From IMG/VR virus record IMGVR_UViG_3300050015_000167, positions 1 to 64,000 of that record: 64,000 nucleotides of DNA; one strand, 5' to 3'. Source of the stretch: a virus. Made by a program: the position numbers and the translations under genes. The notes beneath the pieces were generated by a model. It searched no databases. It was not told the origin of the DNA and saw only the letters and a program-made list of their open reading frames with translations. Positions 52,147 through 61,575 of the stretch are shown piece after piece; positions within the stretch are counted from its first letter, which is position 1, and every line of letters begins with the position of its first letter.

Positions 52147-52644
52147 TTGAGGGAATTCAACACTTTTGTATCCAAAATAAAACATGATGCCAGTTTAAGA
52201 GGAGAAACCGTGTATAATACGGGAAAACCTTGTAAACGAGGACATTTGGCCGACAGATTGATCTCTAATGGACTTTGTATTGTTTGTTTTGAATCCAAAA
52301 ATAAAAGACATTTTGAATGGATGCACAATCCTAATTTAGAAGAAAGAAAATGTCGGTTAATTACACAAGCAAGGCAAAATGCCAAACAAAAAGGATTAGA
52401 ATTTCTAATTAACAAAGATGATTTAGAATGGCCTATAAATTGTCCTATTTTAGGTTTTGGGTTAGATTATTTTGGTGTTAGCGGACATAAAATGTTATCT
52501 CCTTCTTTTGATCGTGTTGATTCAACGAAAGGTTATATTAAAGGAAATGTTTTTGTTATTTCTAACAGAGCCAATTCATTTAAAGGAAATATGACAATAG
52601 AAAATGTTAGAAATATGTTGAGGTATATGGAACATGGCATCTAA
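52147..52644 (+). CDS. HNH homing endonuclease
   Basis: CPILGFGLDY...LSPSFDRVDSTKGYIKGNVFVISNRANSFKG is typical of phage HNH_3-type enzymes; TTG start uncertain. Confidence 0.7.
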   Translation: MREFNTFVSKIKHDASLRGETVYNTGKPCKRGHLADRLISNGLCIVCFESKNKRHFEWMHNPNLEERKCRLITQARQNAKQKGLEFLINKDDLEWPINCPILGFGLDYFGVSGHKMLSPSFDRVDSTKGYIKGNVFVISNRANSFKGNMTIENVRNMLRYMEHGI

Positions 52645-53275
52645 GGTACAATATGTAAATAATTCCGAATTTTTGGCCGCATTCATACGATACCTCCCAG
52701 TTATTCGTCCACTCCGAAAGAAACATAAAGCACTTTGTAAAAAACTCCTAAAACAAGGAGTGAAGAAATCTGAATTACCCAAGTTTGCTCGTCCACAAAC
52801 GGCCGATTATGATTTCATCGGTGAATGTCTATTGAAGATTGCCACTCATCTTGCCCGAAAATATACATTCATTGGTTCATTTTCTTCCTTGCAAGAAGAC
52901 ATGATTGGAGATGCATTAGAGAACGCAATCATGTATATGGATAATTTTGATCCTAAAAAATCTAAAAATCCCTTCGCATATTTCACACAGATTATGACCT
53001 ATGCTTTCTATCGTAGAATGGCTAAAGAATCTAAACAAAATTATATTAAACAAAAAAGTTTGGAAAGTGCTATTGATTTCTTTGCGGTTCAAGGTGGTGA
53101 TTCTGGTGATTATGCAAACACTTATATTAAGTTTATTCGTGATGCCAAAAGCGATATCATAAAAGATTTCGAAGAAAGTAAGCGAAATAAAAAGAAACCA
53201 TCTTCCCCATCAAAGAGTAAGAAGGTTGAAAATCCTGGAATTGAGAAATTCATGGTGGTAAATGAAAACCTTTAA
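52634..53275 (+). CDS. g55: late transcription sigma factor g55
   Basis: VQYVNNSEFLAAF and KNPFAYFTQIMTYAFYRRM parallel T4 gp55 (YNYVNNKELLQAI, KNPHAYITQACFNAFVQRI). Confidence 0.8.
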   Translation: MASKVQYVNNSEFLAAFIRYLPVIRPLRKKHKALCKKLLKQGVKKSELPKFARPQTADYDFIGECLLKIATHLARKYTFIGSFSSLQEDMIGDALENAIMYMDNFDPKKSKNPFAYFTQIMTYAFYRRMAKESKQNYIKQKSLESAIDFFAVQGGDSGDYANTYIKFIRDAKSDIIKDFEESKRNKKKPSSPSKSKKVENPGIEKFMVVNENL

Positions 53276-54347
53276 TACCTCCAAGGGTAAAGTAGCAATC
53301 ATAACCGACACACATTTTGGAGCTAGGGCAGATAGTCCAGTATTTCATGATTATTTTATGCGGTTCTTTGACGATGAATTCTTTCCGTTCTTGGAAAGAG
53401 AAGGAATCAAAGTTGTATTGCATCTTGGAGATTTTACTGACCGACGAAAATATATCAATTTTGTTACTTTGAATAAGGTGAGAAATTACTTTATCCGTAG
53501 AATTAAAGAGATGGAAATTACTTTGATCTGTACGGTAGGTAATCATGATACGTACTATAAAAATACCAACGAAATTAATTCCATGCATGAATTATTTTCA
53601 AATATAGATCATATTCATATCCTAACTGAAGTTGAAGAGGTTATGTTCGATAAAACGAAGGTTTTATTGGTACCTTGGATCAATGAAAGTAATTACGAAT
53701 CATCCATTGCAAAGATTCAGTCATCCGATGCTGAAATCCTTATGGGACATTTAGAGATCAAAAAGTTTCTAATGAACCGGGGACAAACATCTGAAACAGG
53801 ATTCGACGCAACAATGTTTGATAAATTCAAATTGGTTGCTTCGGGACATTTTCATCATAAATCTGATGCAAAGAATATATTTTATCTTGGTGCTCCATAT
53901 GAATTGACCTTTGCAGACATTAATGATCCTAGAGGTTATCATAGTTGGGAAATAAATTCAACCGAACTAGATTTTCACCAGAATCCTTATAAGATGTTTT
54001 ATAAGGTTTTTTATAACGATAAAGATGCCACTTTACCTTCTTTGTTGAAAAAGATCAGTAATAAATTCCAAGGATCGTACGTTAAGGTTGTTGTTCAAAA
54101 TCGTATGAATCCTGTATTTTTTGATAAGTTTATGGAAAAATTATTTTCTTTAGGTCCAGCAGATATCAAAATTGAGGATGATGATAGATTGGTTGGTAAT
54201 GAAGAAATGATTATTGATACTGCGGCAGAAGATACTTTAACCATTCTCAATAAATATGTTGATGGATTAGAAATTGATTCTAATAAAGATAAAATTAAGG
54301 AAGAATTGCGCACCTTGTATATTGAGGCGCAAAATGCAGAAAAATAA
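53262..54347 (+). CDS. g47: recombination nuclease g47 (Mre11/SbcD-like)
   Basis: Phosphoesterase motifs DTHFG, LGDFTD, GNHD, GHLE and GHFH. Confidence 0.85.
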   Translation: MKTFNTSKGKVAIITDTHFGARADSPVFHDYFMRFFDDEFFPFLEREGIKVVLHLGDFTDRRKYINFVTLNKVRNYFIRRIKEMEITLICTVGNHDTYYKNTNEINSMHELFSNIDHIHILTEVEEVMFDKTKVLLVPWINESNYESSIAKIQSSDAEILMGHLEIKKFLMNRGQTSETGFDATMFDKFKLVASGHFHHKSDAKNIFYLGAPYELTFADINDPRGYHSWEINSTELDFHQNPYKMFYKVFYNDKDATLPSLLKKISNKFQGSYVKVVVQNRMNPVFFDKFMEKLFSLGPADIKIEDDDRLVGNEEMIIDTAAEDTLTILNKYVDGLEIDSNKDKIKEELRTLYIEAQNAEK

Positions 54348-54742
54348 TGGAAATAACAACTGTACCTACATTTACAGCAACCATTTATCTTGGATACAAA
54401 TACCACTATGATGGAAAAGAAATATATCCAAAAGAAGTTTTTAATTTCATTCAAAATTGGGTGAATGAAATTAGTATGTGTGTTTCGGTAAGATCTATAG
54501 AATTTCAATATAAAGGTGGATGGGAAAATGGTTTAGCTATTACTTTCATTAATTACCCAAGATTTCCTTCCACACCAGAAAAGATCAAAGCAAACGCATT
54601 GGACCTTGCTGAAAAATTGACCATTCTTTGTAAACAATACCGGGTTACCATTGTGTGTACAGATGAAACGATAATGATATCTAATACACCAGAACTTAAT
54701 AATGAATTTCCTGATAAGGAGAAAACCGTTGATAGTCTTTAA
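54347..54742 (+). CDS. hypothetical protein (131 aa) between g47 and g46
   Basis: ATGG/TAATGG coupling to g47. Confidence 0.55.
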   Translation: MEITTVPTFTATIYLGYKYHYDGKEIYPKEVFNFIQNWVNEISMCVSVRSIEFQYKGGWENGLAITFINYPRFPSTPEKIKANALDLAEKLTILCKQYRVTIVCTDETIMISNTPELNNEFPDKEKTVDSL

Positions 54743-56447
54743 AAAGATAAGATGGCGTAATTTCCTATCAACTGGGGATGAGTATACAGAAATTGAATTA
54801 AATAAATCACCCACAACATTGATTATGGGAAAAAATGGATCGGGAAAATCTACTCTTTTAGATGCCCTTACATTTGCTCTATTTGGGGATGCTTTTAGAA
54901 ATGTTAATATTCCTGCCCTCATAAATGATACGAATGAAAATGAAATGGAAGTTAATGTTGAATTCTCAATTGGTAGAACCAACTATAAGATCCGGCGTGG
55001 ATTAAAGCCTCGCCTATTCGAAATCTTCATCAACAATATCCTATTAAATCAAGATTCAAAAGCCCGTGATTATCAGAAGCATTTAGAACAGAATATACTA
55101 AAGTTGAATAAGAAGTCATTCAACCAGGTTGTCGTTCTTGGTAGCGCATCATTCGTTCCTTTCATGCAATTGACTTGTGCTGACCGCAGATACATTATTG
55201 AAGATCTATTAGATATCCAGATCTTCTCGGCAATGAATTTGGCTCTCAAACAACGTGTTGCGGAGATGAAAGATGAATATATTTCAATTGCTAATGGAAT
55301 TGAGATTCAAAACGAAAAGATCTCTCTTGTTAAAAGCTATTTGAAAAAATTGCGGTCGGATAGTGTCAATGCTATCGCCGAAAAGAAAACTATCATCGAA
55401 GATAATTTAGAACAAAAAGAAGCTGATAGAGAAGCTATTGATGAAATACGGCAAGAAATTGATGATTTATTAGCAACTATTACCGATCAACCGAAAATTC
55501 AAGATAATATCAGAAGATTGGAAACTTCGGAAGATAAATTGAAAGTTACGAAAACCAAAGCTGAAAAGGAACGCAAATTCTTTGAAAATAATAATGAATG
55601 TCCTACATGTAAACAAGGAATTGATGAAAATTTCAAAGAAGGAATGGTTACAACTAAAACAGCATTAGTTAAAGAAATTGAAACGGCATTAGAACAATTA
55701 CAAACCGATTTGAATAAATCTGAAACAAGATTGGAAGAGATTGTTAATATCGTTAAAGTTACGGAAATTAAATCTCAGGAAATTAGTAACCTTAAAAATT
55801 CTATTCACGCAATCGATAATTTCATTTCTAAAGTCAAAAAAGAAATTGAAGATCTCCAAGAACGTGATGGAGATACTGGTGATCAGGAAAAGAAGTTAAA
55901 AAATCTTCAAGATGAATTAGAAATATTAATTGAACAAAGAGAGACGATTACATCCAGAAAACACTATTTAGATATCGTTTCGATCATGTTGAAGGATAGT
56001 GGTATCAAAACTAAGATCATTCGTCAATATTTACCGATTATCAATAAATATGTTAACCGATATCTTAGTGCGATGGATTTCTTCGCTAACTTCAATTTGG
56101 ATGAAAATTTCAAAGAAATCATTCATATTCGTGGGAGTAAAGAAAGAACGTATTACCAATTATCTGAGGGACAAAAACTTCGGATAGATTTAGCTATATT
56201 ATTTACATGGCGAGAAGTAGCTAAACTAAAAAATAGTGCCAATACTAACCTTCTCCTAATGGATGAAATATTCGAGAGCAGCCTTGACCCGACAGGTGTA
56301 GAAGATTTCCTTAAGTTAATACAAAATCTAAGTAGAGATATTAATATCTTTATAATAAGTCCTCAGGGAGATCAACTTATCGATAAATTCAATAATGTAA
56401 TTAAGTTTACCGAATCTCAAGGTTTCTCTGTAATGGAGCAGAACTAA
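54702..56447 (+). CDS. g46: recombination ATPase g46 (Rad50/SbcC-like)
   Basis: Walker A GKNGSGKST; CPTC zinc hook in the coiled coil; DSGIKTKIIRQYLPIINKYVNRYL, LSEGQK and LLLMDE. The true start may be TTG 54729 after AAGGAG. Confidence 0.85.
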   Translation: MNFLIRRKPLIVFKKIRWRNFLSTGDEYTEIELNKSPTTLIMGKNGSGKSTLLDALTFALFGDAFRNVNIPALINDTNENEMEVNVEFSIGRTNYKIRRGLKPRLFEIFINNILLNQDSKARDYQKHLEQNILKLNKKSFNQVVVLGSASFVPFMQLTCADRRYIIEDLLDIQIFSAMNLALKQRVAEMKDEYISIANGIEIQNEKISLVKSYLKKLRSDSVNAIAEKKTIIEDNLEQKEADREAIDEIRQEIDDLLATITDQPKIQDNIRRLETSEDKLKVTKTKAEKERKFFENNNECPTCKQGIDENFKEGMVTTKTALVKEIETALEQLQTDLNKSETRLEEIVNIVKVTEIKSQEISNLKNSIHAIDNFISKVKKEIEDLQERDGDTGDQEKKLKNLQDELEILIEQRETITSRKHYLDIVSIMLKDSGIKTKIIRQYLPIINKYVNRYLSAMDFFANFNLDENFKEIIHIRGSKERTYYQLSEGQKLRIDLAILFTWREVAKLKNSANTNLLLMDEIFESSLDPTGVEDFLKLIQNLSRDINIFIISPQGDQLIDKFNNVIKFTESQGFSVMEQN

Positions 56448-56857
56448 TGAATACCAGAAACGAACAATATTTTATGGATCGTATCAGAATATATGAAATG
56501 CTGACAAAGGAAGAACAATATGCTTCAGGTTGGGGAGAACCTGAATATGGGGAAGATAAAACTCATCCAGTATTTCCTGAACATGCTGTAAGTTCTGAAA
56601 CAGGTCAACCTTTCTCCCTAATTGAATGGATCAATTTTACTCAGAAATATTTGGATGAAGCAAGATTAGCCGAAAGTAATTATTGTCCTGATACTGCATC
56701 CGTTCGAATTAGAGTTTTGAAAGCTGCATCTTTATTGGTTACGGCTTTGCAAGTACATGGTAAACTTGAGGATTATAAAAACCTTGCGGGTGTGAGTAGT
56801 ACCAATTATCCTATAAACCATGGGGGATTAGCAGTTTTAAAAGACTTGCAATCCTAG
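56447..56857 (+). CDS. hypothetical protein (136 aa)
   Basis: TAATG overlap with g46. Confidence 0.55.
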   Translation: MNTRNEQYFMDRIRIYEMLTKEEQYASGWGEPEYGEDKTHPVFPEHAVSSETGQPFSLIEWINFTQKYLDEARLAESNYCPDTASVRIRVLKAASLLVTALQVHGKLEDYKNLAGVSSTNYPINHGGLAVLKDLQS

Positions 56858-56874
56858 TTCGTTTGTGCTATAAT
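56846..56874 (+). promoter_or_regulatory. sigma70-like promoter in front of the HNH gene
   Basis: TTGCAA 56846-56851; 17 bp; TGcTATAAT (-10 at 56869-56874); 8 nt; ATG 56883. Confidence 0.55.
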
Positions 56875-56882
56875 AGTATTAT

Positions 56883-57383
56883 ATGCATGTTCATCACATT
56901 CAACCGAAATATTTAATTGGGGAAGATAATTCACCATATAATCTTACTCCTCCTATTTCGGTTGCAATGCACGCGGCTTTACATAAAGATCTATTCGAAC
57001 ATTTCGGTAATCCTGAAGATGAATTTGCATATAAAGGATTATTGGGTGAATCTCTCAGAGGTATTAGACATACTCCAGAAATGAGGAAGAAAATGTCTGA
57101 ATCTCATTTAGGTAAATCTTCTGGAATGAAAGGTAAGAAGCATTCCAAAGAAACTAAAGAACAGATGTCCAAAACTCATACCGGAATGATTTGTTCTGAA
57201 GAATCTAAACAGAAGGTTACTAATTCCAAATTAGGAAAGAAACGTAAACCATTTTCTGATGAATGGAAAAAGAAAATGAGTGACGCCCATAAGGCTAGAA
57301 AACGTAAGCCTATGTCCGAAGAAACAAAAAAGAAAATCTCTGAATCTACTAAAGGACGAATTCCTTGGAACAAAAAGAAATAA
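56883..57383 (+). CDS. HNH homing endonuclease with NUMOD-like repeats; paralog of 28709..29176
   Basis: HHIQPKYLIGEDNSPYNLTPPISVAMHAALH; repeats KKHSKETKEQMS. Confidence 0.75.
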   Translation: MHVHHIQPKYLIGEDNSPYNLTPPISVAMHAALHKDLFEHFGNPEDEFAYKGLLGESLRGIRHTPEMRKKMSESHLGKSSGMKGKKHSKETKEQMSKTHTGMICSEESKQKVTNSKLGKKRKPFSDEWKKKMSDAHKARKRKPMSEETKKKISESTKGRIPWNKKK

Positions 57384-59080
57384 AATATTATTATGATAGA
57401 AATGCTTACATTATTGATAATACTTCAATTAATGTAACTTTTGAAGAATTACTGTTGATGCATTCCAAGGATTTTGAAATTTGGGTTACTAACATGCGTT
57501 CTGAAGTATTGCGCGTATGGGATACCTATGGAATTCCACCTTTAGCTGGATTAACAGAATATGATATGTGTGAGGAGTTTCGAAAAATGAGTGGAACTCC
57601 TGGCGTAACAATTTCATTACACAAAGCAAAATCTGGTGGTACAAAACCATACATAGATCAATTAGATGGAAAAGCTAATGTAATCATCAATGACGGTTAT
57701 ATGGGTTCGTGTGTGAATCAATTCTTTCCAACTATGATGCGTGCAAAGATAAATTACCAGACGAAGGTCACGGAGGAAGGATCATTTAAAGGATATGCTG
57801 TTTATGATCTTTTTGCTAATGACAAGTACCTTACTAGAATGATTAAAAGTGGCCGGCGACACTTTAAAAAAGATTCTTTTTATAGATATTCTTGTTCTAT
57901 TCCTGCTAATTCTAGTTTAGGATTAATTCCAGCAGATACAGGAAAACAATGGGTACAACTTTTCAAACAAGATTTCATAAAGTTTGCTGATTATGGTTAT
58001 TGGTTGAGTCGAGTAGAACCACCAGAAGATGGAGAAGTTGGTAGCGGTTATACTTCTGTTGATGCCTCTAAGTTCCTCTGGTTGAGTAAAGCCGAGATCA
58101 TTGAATTAGTTCATTTAGGAATAGTTGGAAGAGAAAATCTAACAAACCTAATATCATTTAATACTGATTTGGATGAAATAGGAAGAAGTGGTTCATTTTT
58201 AGAAAATACTTTAGGAACGCTTGCTACTGAATTAAAAGATGATGAACAATACCATATTCGTTTCTATAAAAAATCTACTAGGATATTTCCTTTAGGATTT
58301 ACAGCTTTTAAGATAGGATTTATCCAAGTAGCGGTAAACTTTCCCCCAATGATTGCGAAATATTTGTATGAAAAATATACCAACCATTGTAAGGAACAAA
58401 AAACAATAAACATTTATGACCCTTCGAGTGGATGGGGTGGACGTATTGTTGGGGCGATGACTGTATTGGATGATAGACACATTAATTATGTGGGAACTGA
58501 TCCAAATACAGATAATTTCATTCCCGATTTAGGAATTACACGTTATGAGTATTTGGCTAATTTTGTCAATAACTCATTAAAGAGATTTGGTTATGAACCC
58601 CACACATATGAAGTTTTCCAACTCGGATCTGAAGTTATTGGAAAAGAAAAGCGATTTAAGAAATATAAGGGAAAACTCGATCTTGTGTTCACCTCACCTC
58701 CGTATTTTAATCGAGAAGGCTATTCAGAGGATGAAACTCAATCCTTAAAGAAGTTTCCTCAATATGATGCATGGAGAGAAGGATTCTTAAAGCCTACTCT
58801 TACGACAGCATACACTTATTTGAAACCAGACCGTTTCTTACTTTGGAACATTGCAGATATCAAAGTAGGTGAGCAATATTATCCTTTAGAACAAGATAGT
58901 AAGGATATTCTCGAAAAATTGGGCGCTGAATTTGTTGGTGTTGAAAAGATGGTTCTTGCTAACATGCCCGGTGCGAACCGTATAGGTGATGATGGAATGC
59001 CAACATGCAAGAATTTCTGCAAAGTGAACGGTAAGTTCCATAAGACTGAGTTAATCTTTGTATTCAGGAAACCAAAATGA
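57365..59080 (+). CDS. DNA methyltransferase (N6A/N4C type) with about 340-aa unassigned N-terminal region
   Basis: Motif I-like IYDPSSGWGGRIVGA and motif IV DLVFTSPPYFN; TTG start uncertain. Confidence 0.65.
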   Translation: MEQKEIKYYYDRNAYIIDNTSINVTFEELLLMHSKDFEIWVTNMRSEVLRVWDTYGIPPLAGLTEYDMCEEFRKMSGTPGVTISLHKAKSGGTKPYIDQLDGKANVIINDGYMGSCVNQFFPTMMRAKINYQTKVTEEGSFKGYAVYDLFANDKYLTRMIKSGRRHFKKDSFYRYSCSIPANSSLGLIPADTGKQWVQLFKQDFIKFADYGYWLSRVEPPEDGEVGSGYTSVDASKFLWLSKAEIIELVHLGIVGRENLTNLISFNTDLDEIGRSGSFLENTLGTLATELKDDEQYHIRFYKKSTRIFPLGFTAFKIGFIQVAVNFPPMIAKYLYEKYTNHCKEQKTINIYDPSSGWGGRIVGAMTVLDDRHINYVGTDPNTDNFIPDLGITRYEYLANFVNNSLKRFGYEPHTYEVFQLGSEVIGKEKRFKKYKGKLDLVFTSPPYFNREGYSEDETQSLKKFPQYDAWREGFLKPTLTTAYTYLKPDRFLLWNIADIKVGEQYYPLEQDSKDILEKLGAEFVGVEKMVLANMPGANRIGDDGMPTCKNFCKVNGKFHKTELIFVFRKPK

Positions 59081-59226
59081 AACCATTATTTGAAGGACTC
59101 GTATATAACGGTCCTGGTGTTTCACCACTTATAGCTCCATCTGAGCTAGTATTTTACCTACGCTATCGGTACCAATCAGAATACCAGATAGATCGTTGGG
59201 AAGATGAAGGCGGATCATGCCTGTAA
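59077..59226 (+). CDS. hypothetical small protein (49 aa)
   Basis: ATGA overlap with the methyltransferase stop; hand translation. Confidence 0.3.
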   Translation: MKPLFEGLVYNGPGVSPLIAPSELVFYLRYRYQSEYQIDRWEDEGGSCL

Positions 59227-59423
59227 ATTATCACCAATGTTTATCGATTCAATATAAACATGGTATAGCTCCTAAGTTACCTTTTAATGTAGAAGATATT
59301 GAAGTTTGGTTAGCAATCAAAAATTTTCCTGAAAGAGTATTGTGTCCTTCAAGTCCTTATATGTGTCATAATGATAGGTGTGGTTGTAGACAAAATATAA
59401 AATATAGGAATGTGATAAGATAA
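59217..59423 (+). CDS. hypothetical Cys-rich protein (68 aa)
   Basis: Overlap-coupled chain of small ORFs. Confidence 0.45.
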   Translation: MPVNYHQCLSIQYKHGIAPKLPFNVEDIEVWLAIKNFPERVLCPSSPYMCHNDRCGCRQNIKYRNVIR

Positions 59424-59608
59424 TGGAAGAATTTACATTTGAAATTGAAAAAATTGATATTGTATTCCGGCCAAAAAGGTTTCTGACTTGTATTGATTTC
59501 AAATGTCCTAGATGCCGAAAAGAAATATTACAAGGACCTTATATGAAACGTAGAGTAGGAAAACATTGGAAACTTCATACGGAGAAAAATAATGGAAGTA
59601 CCTTTTAG
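59423..59608 (+). CDS. hypothetical small protein with a CPRC motif (61 aa)
   Basis: TAATG coupling to the upstream ORF. Confidence 0.45.
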   Translation: MEEFTFEIEKIDIVFRPKRFLTCIDFKCPRCRKEILQGPYMKRRVGKHWKLHTEKNNGSTF

Positions 59609-59816
59609 TCAACAAGAAATTGATGCCATTAAACAACTGGCACAAATGATGGATGTTTCTCCCCATCAGGTAATCATTCAAGCCGTCAGAATGTACCAAC
59701 TATACAAGATGGGTAAAGTACAATTACTTTTCCCAAGAGTTATAAGTGGTTGTAGTTATGAAGTGGTTGAAGACACTCCGGCACCAGAAGACATACCAAT
59801 TGTTGCTCCAGTTTAA
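59592..59816 (+). CDS. hypothetical protein (74 aa)
   Basis: Overlap-coupled to the preceding ORF. Confidence 0.45.
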   Translation: MEVPFSQQEIDAIKQLAQMMDVSPHQVIIQAVRMYQLYKMGKVQLLFPRVISGCSYEVVEDTPAPEDIPIVAPV

Positions 59817-59956
59817 GAATTGAATTTTCTTTGGATTGCGTCGATAACAACAAAGGATCCGAAGAGTCCAAGAACGATAAGAACAGTCATACTAATATTT
59901 ATGCCTAAAGCACTCATTTTAAAGGGTTTTCCACACAATGATGGATTTTACAACAT

Positions 59957-61000
59957 ATGAAGCAAGCAATGAGTTTTGATGATGTAATTTTAGTACCCAA
60001 GAGGACCTTTGGTGGTTCCAGATCTCAAGTAAATTTGAGTACCATTATTTGTGGAAGAGAAATGAAGATCCCTATTTTCTCTGCCAATATGTCTTCTGTT
60101 ACAGAAGCCAAGATGGCTGTTGCTATGCGTAGGCATGGTGGTTTAGGTATTCTTCATCGCATGTGTTCAATTCATGAACAAGAAAGAATGTTAATTGAAA
60201 TAAATGCTGGAATATCAGAGGCCGATGTTATACATACACCTGTTTATGTTTCTATTGAAGGAACTTTAAATGAAGCCATTGATAGAATTTTGGGCACATA
60301 TCTTGAGAATCCTTATGGATATTGTATTGATATTGCCCATGCTGATTCTCCAGATGTAGAATTAACAGTTAAAGGTATCGTAGATCGTTATCCAAATCTT
60401 AATTTGATTATTGGTAACTATGCGACACCTGAAGGAATTCTCAATCTTATTAATTCGGTTCCTAAATTAGATCTTTCTAAAGTTGCATTTAAAGTAGGTA
60501 TTGGTAGCGGTAGCCAATGTACAACACGAATAGTAACTGGTTGTGGATTACCTACTCTTGAAAGTATGTTTAGGATTAGAGAAAAATTAATTCCAACAAT
60601 TACACTTATCGCTGATGGTGGATTTAAGAACTCTGGTGATATCGTAAAAGCTTTAGCTGCCGGAGCCAATGCTGTAATGTTAGGTAGTTTGCTTGCTGGA
60701 ACCAAAGAAACACCAGGTAATGTAATCAAGACATCTTCCGGGTTATTTAAAGTATATCGCGGTTCGGCTTCATTTGGCCAGAAATTTGAAGTAGGAAAGA
60801 ATGGTCATATTGAGGGAGAGGAAAGTCTTGTTCCTTATAAGAGCCAACTTACAACTACAATGACACAATTGATTGAAGGAATGAAATCTGGTTTCTCTTA
60901 TTGTGGTGCGATGAATATTTTGGAACTTCAAGAGAATGCCGAATTTGTTCATATCACTAATTCGGGTTATAAAGAAGGAACTCCTTTCGGTTCTAAATAG
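59957..61000 (+). CDS. IMPDH/GMP reductase family enzyme without CBS insert (GuaC-like)
   Basis: FDDVILVPKRT..GSRSQVNL, catalytic loop GIGSGSQCTTR, IADGGFKNSGDIVKALAAGANAVMLGSLLAG. 347 aa, the same length class as bacterial GuaC. Confidence 0.8.
   Translation: MKQAMSFDDVILVPKRTFGGSRSQVNLSTIICGREMKIPIFSANMSSVTEAKMAVAMRRHGGLGILHRMCSIHEQERMLIEINAGISEADVIHTPVYVSIEGTLNEAIDRILGTYLENPYGYCIDIAHADSPDVELTVKGIVDRYPNLNLIIGNYATPEGILNLINSVPKLDLSKVAFKVGIGSGSQCTTRIVTGCGLPTLESMFRIREKLIPTITLIADGGFKNSGDIVKALAAGANAVMLGSLLAGTKETPGNVIKTSSGLFKVYRGSASFGQKFEVGKNGHIEGEESLVPYKSQLTTTMTQLIEGMKSGFSYCGAMNILELQENAEFVHITNSGYKEGTPFGSK
60993..61000 (+). promoter_or_regulatory. CTAAATAG motif overlapping the stop codon, 5 nt before ATG 61006
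   Basis: TTCTAAATAG-TTTTG-ATG. Confidence 0.25.
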
Positions 61001-61002
61001 TT

Positions 61003-61575
61003 TTGATGAAACTTTCAGGAATTTATATTATAATTAATACTAAGACTAATCATTTTTATATTGGTTCAGCCGTTAATTTCCAGAAACGATGGAATACACA
61101 TAAAAGATTACTTAGAAAGAATGAACATCATTGTCAACATTTACAGAATTCTTGGAATATTGATGGAGAAAAATATTTTGAATTCTATGTAATAGAATAT
61201 ACAAAAGATAACTCAACGCTAATCGAATTAGAACAAAAATGGATTAATAAATTTTGGAATCAAGACGTTCTTTTTAATACCTGTCAATTCGCGTATTCCT
61301 CTAAAGGAAGAATACCTTGGAATAAAGGTAAAACCGGAGTTCAAGTTGCATGGAATAAAGGATTACATTGTTCTAAGGAAACCAAAAAGAAATTGTCTAT
61401 TTTTAATTTGGGAAAGAAATTATCTCAAGAAACAAAAGATAAGATTTCTAAAACATCAAAAGGAAAAATTATTTCCGAAAAAACAAAAAAGAAAATATCA
61501 AAAGCCAAGAAAGGACATGAAGTTTCTTTAAAGACAAGAAAGAAAATTTCTAATACTTTAAAATGTAAAACTTGA
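61003..61575 (+). CDS. GIY-YIG homing endonuclease with NUMOD3-like repeats
   Basis: SGIYIIINTKTNHFYIGSAVNFQKRWNTH; C-terminal ETKKKLS/ETKDKIS/KTKKKIS repeats; probable start ATG 61006. Confidence 0.85.
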   Translation: MMKLSGIYIIINTKTNHFYIGSAVNFQKRWNTHKRLLRKNEHHCQHLQNSWNIDGEKYFEFYVIEYTKDNSTLIELEQKWINKFWNQDVLFNTCQFAYSSKGRIPWNKGKTGVQVAWNKGLHCSKETKKKLSIFNLGKKLSQETKDKISKTSKGKIISEKTKKKISKAKKGHEVSLKTRKKISNTLKCKT

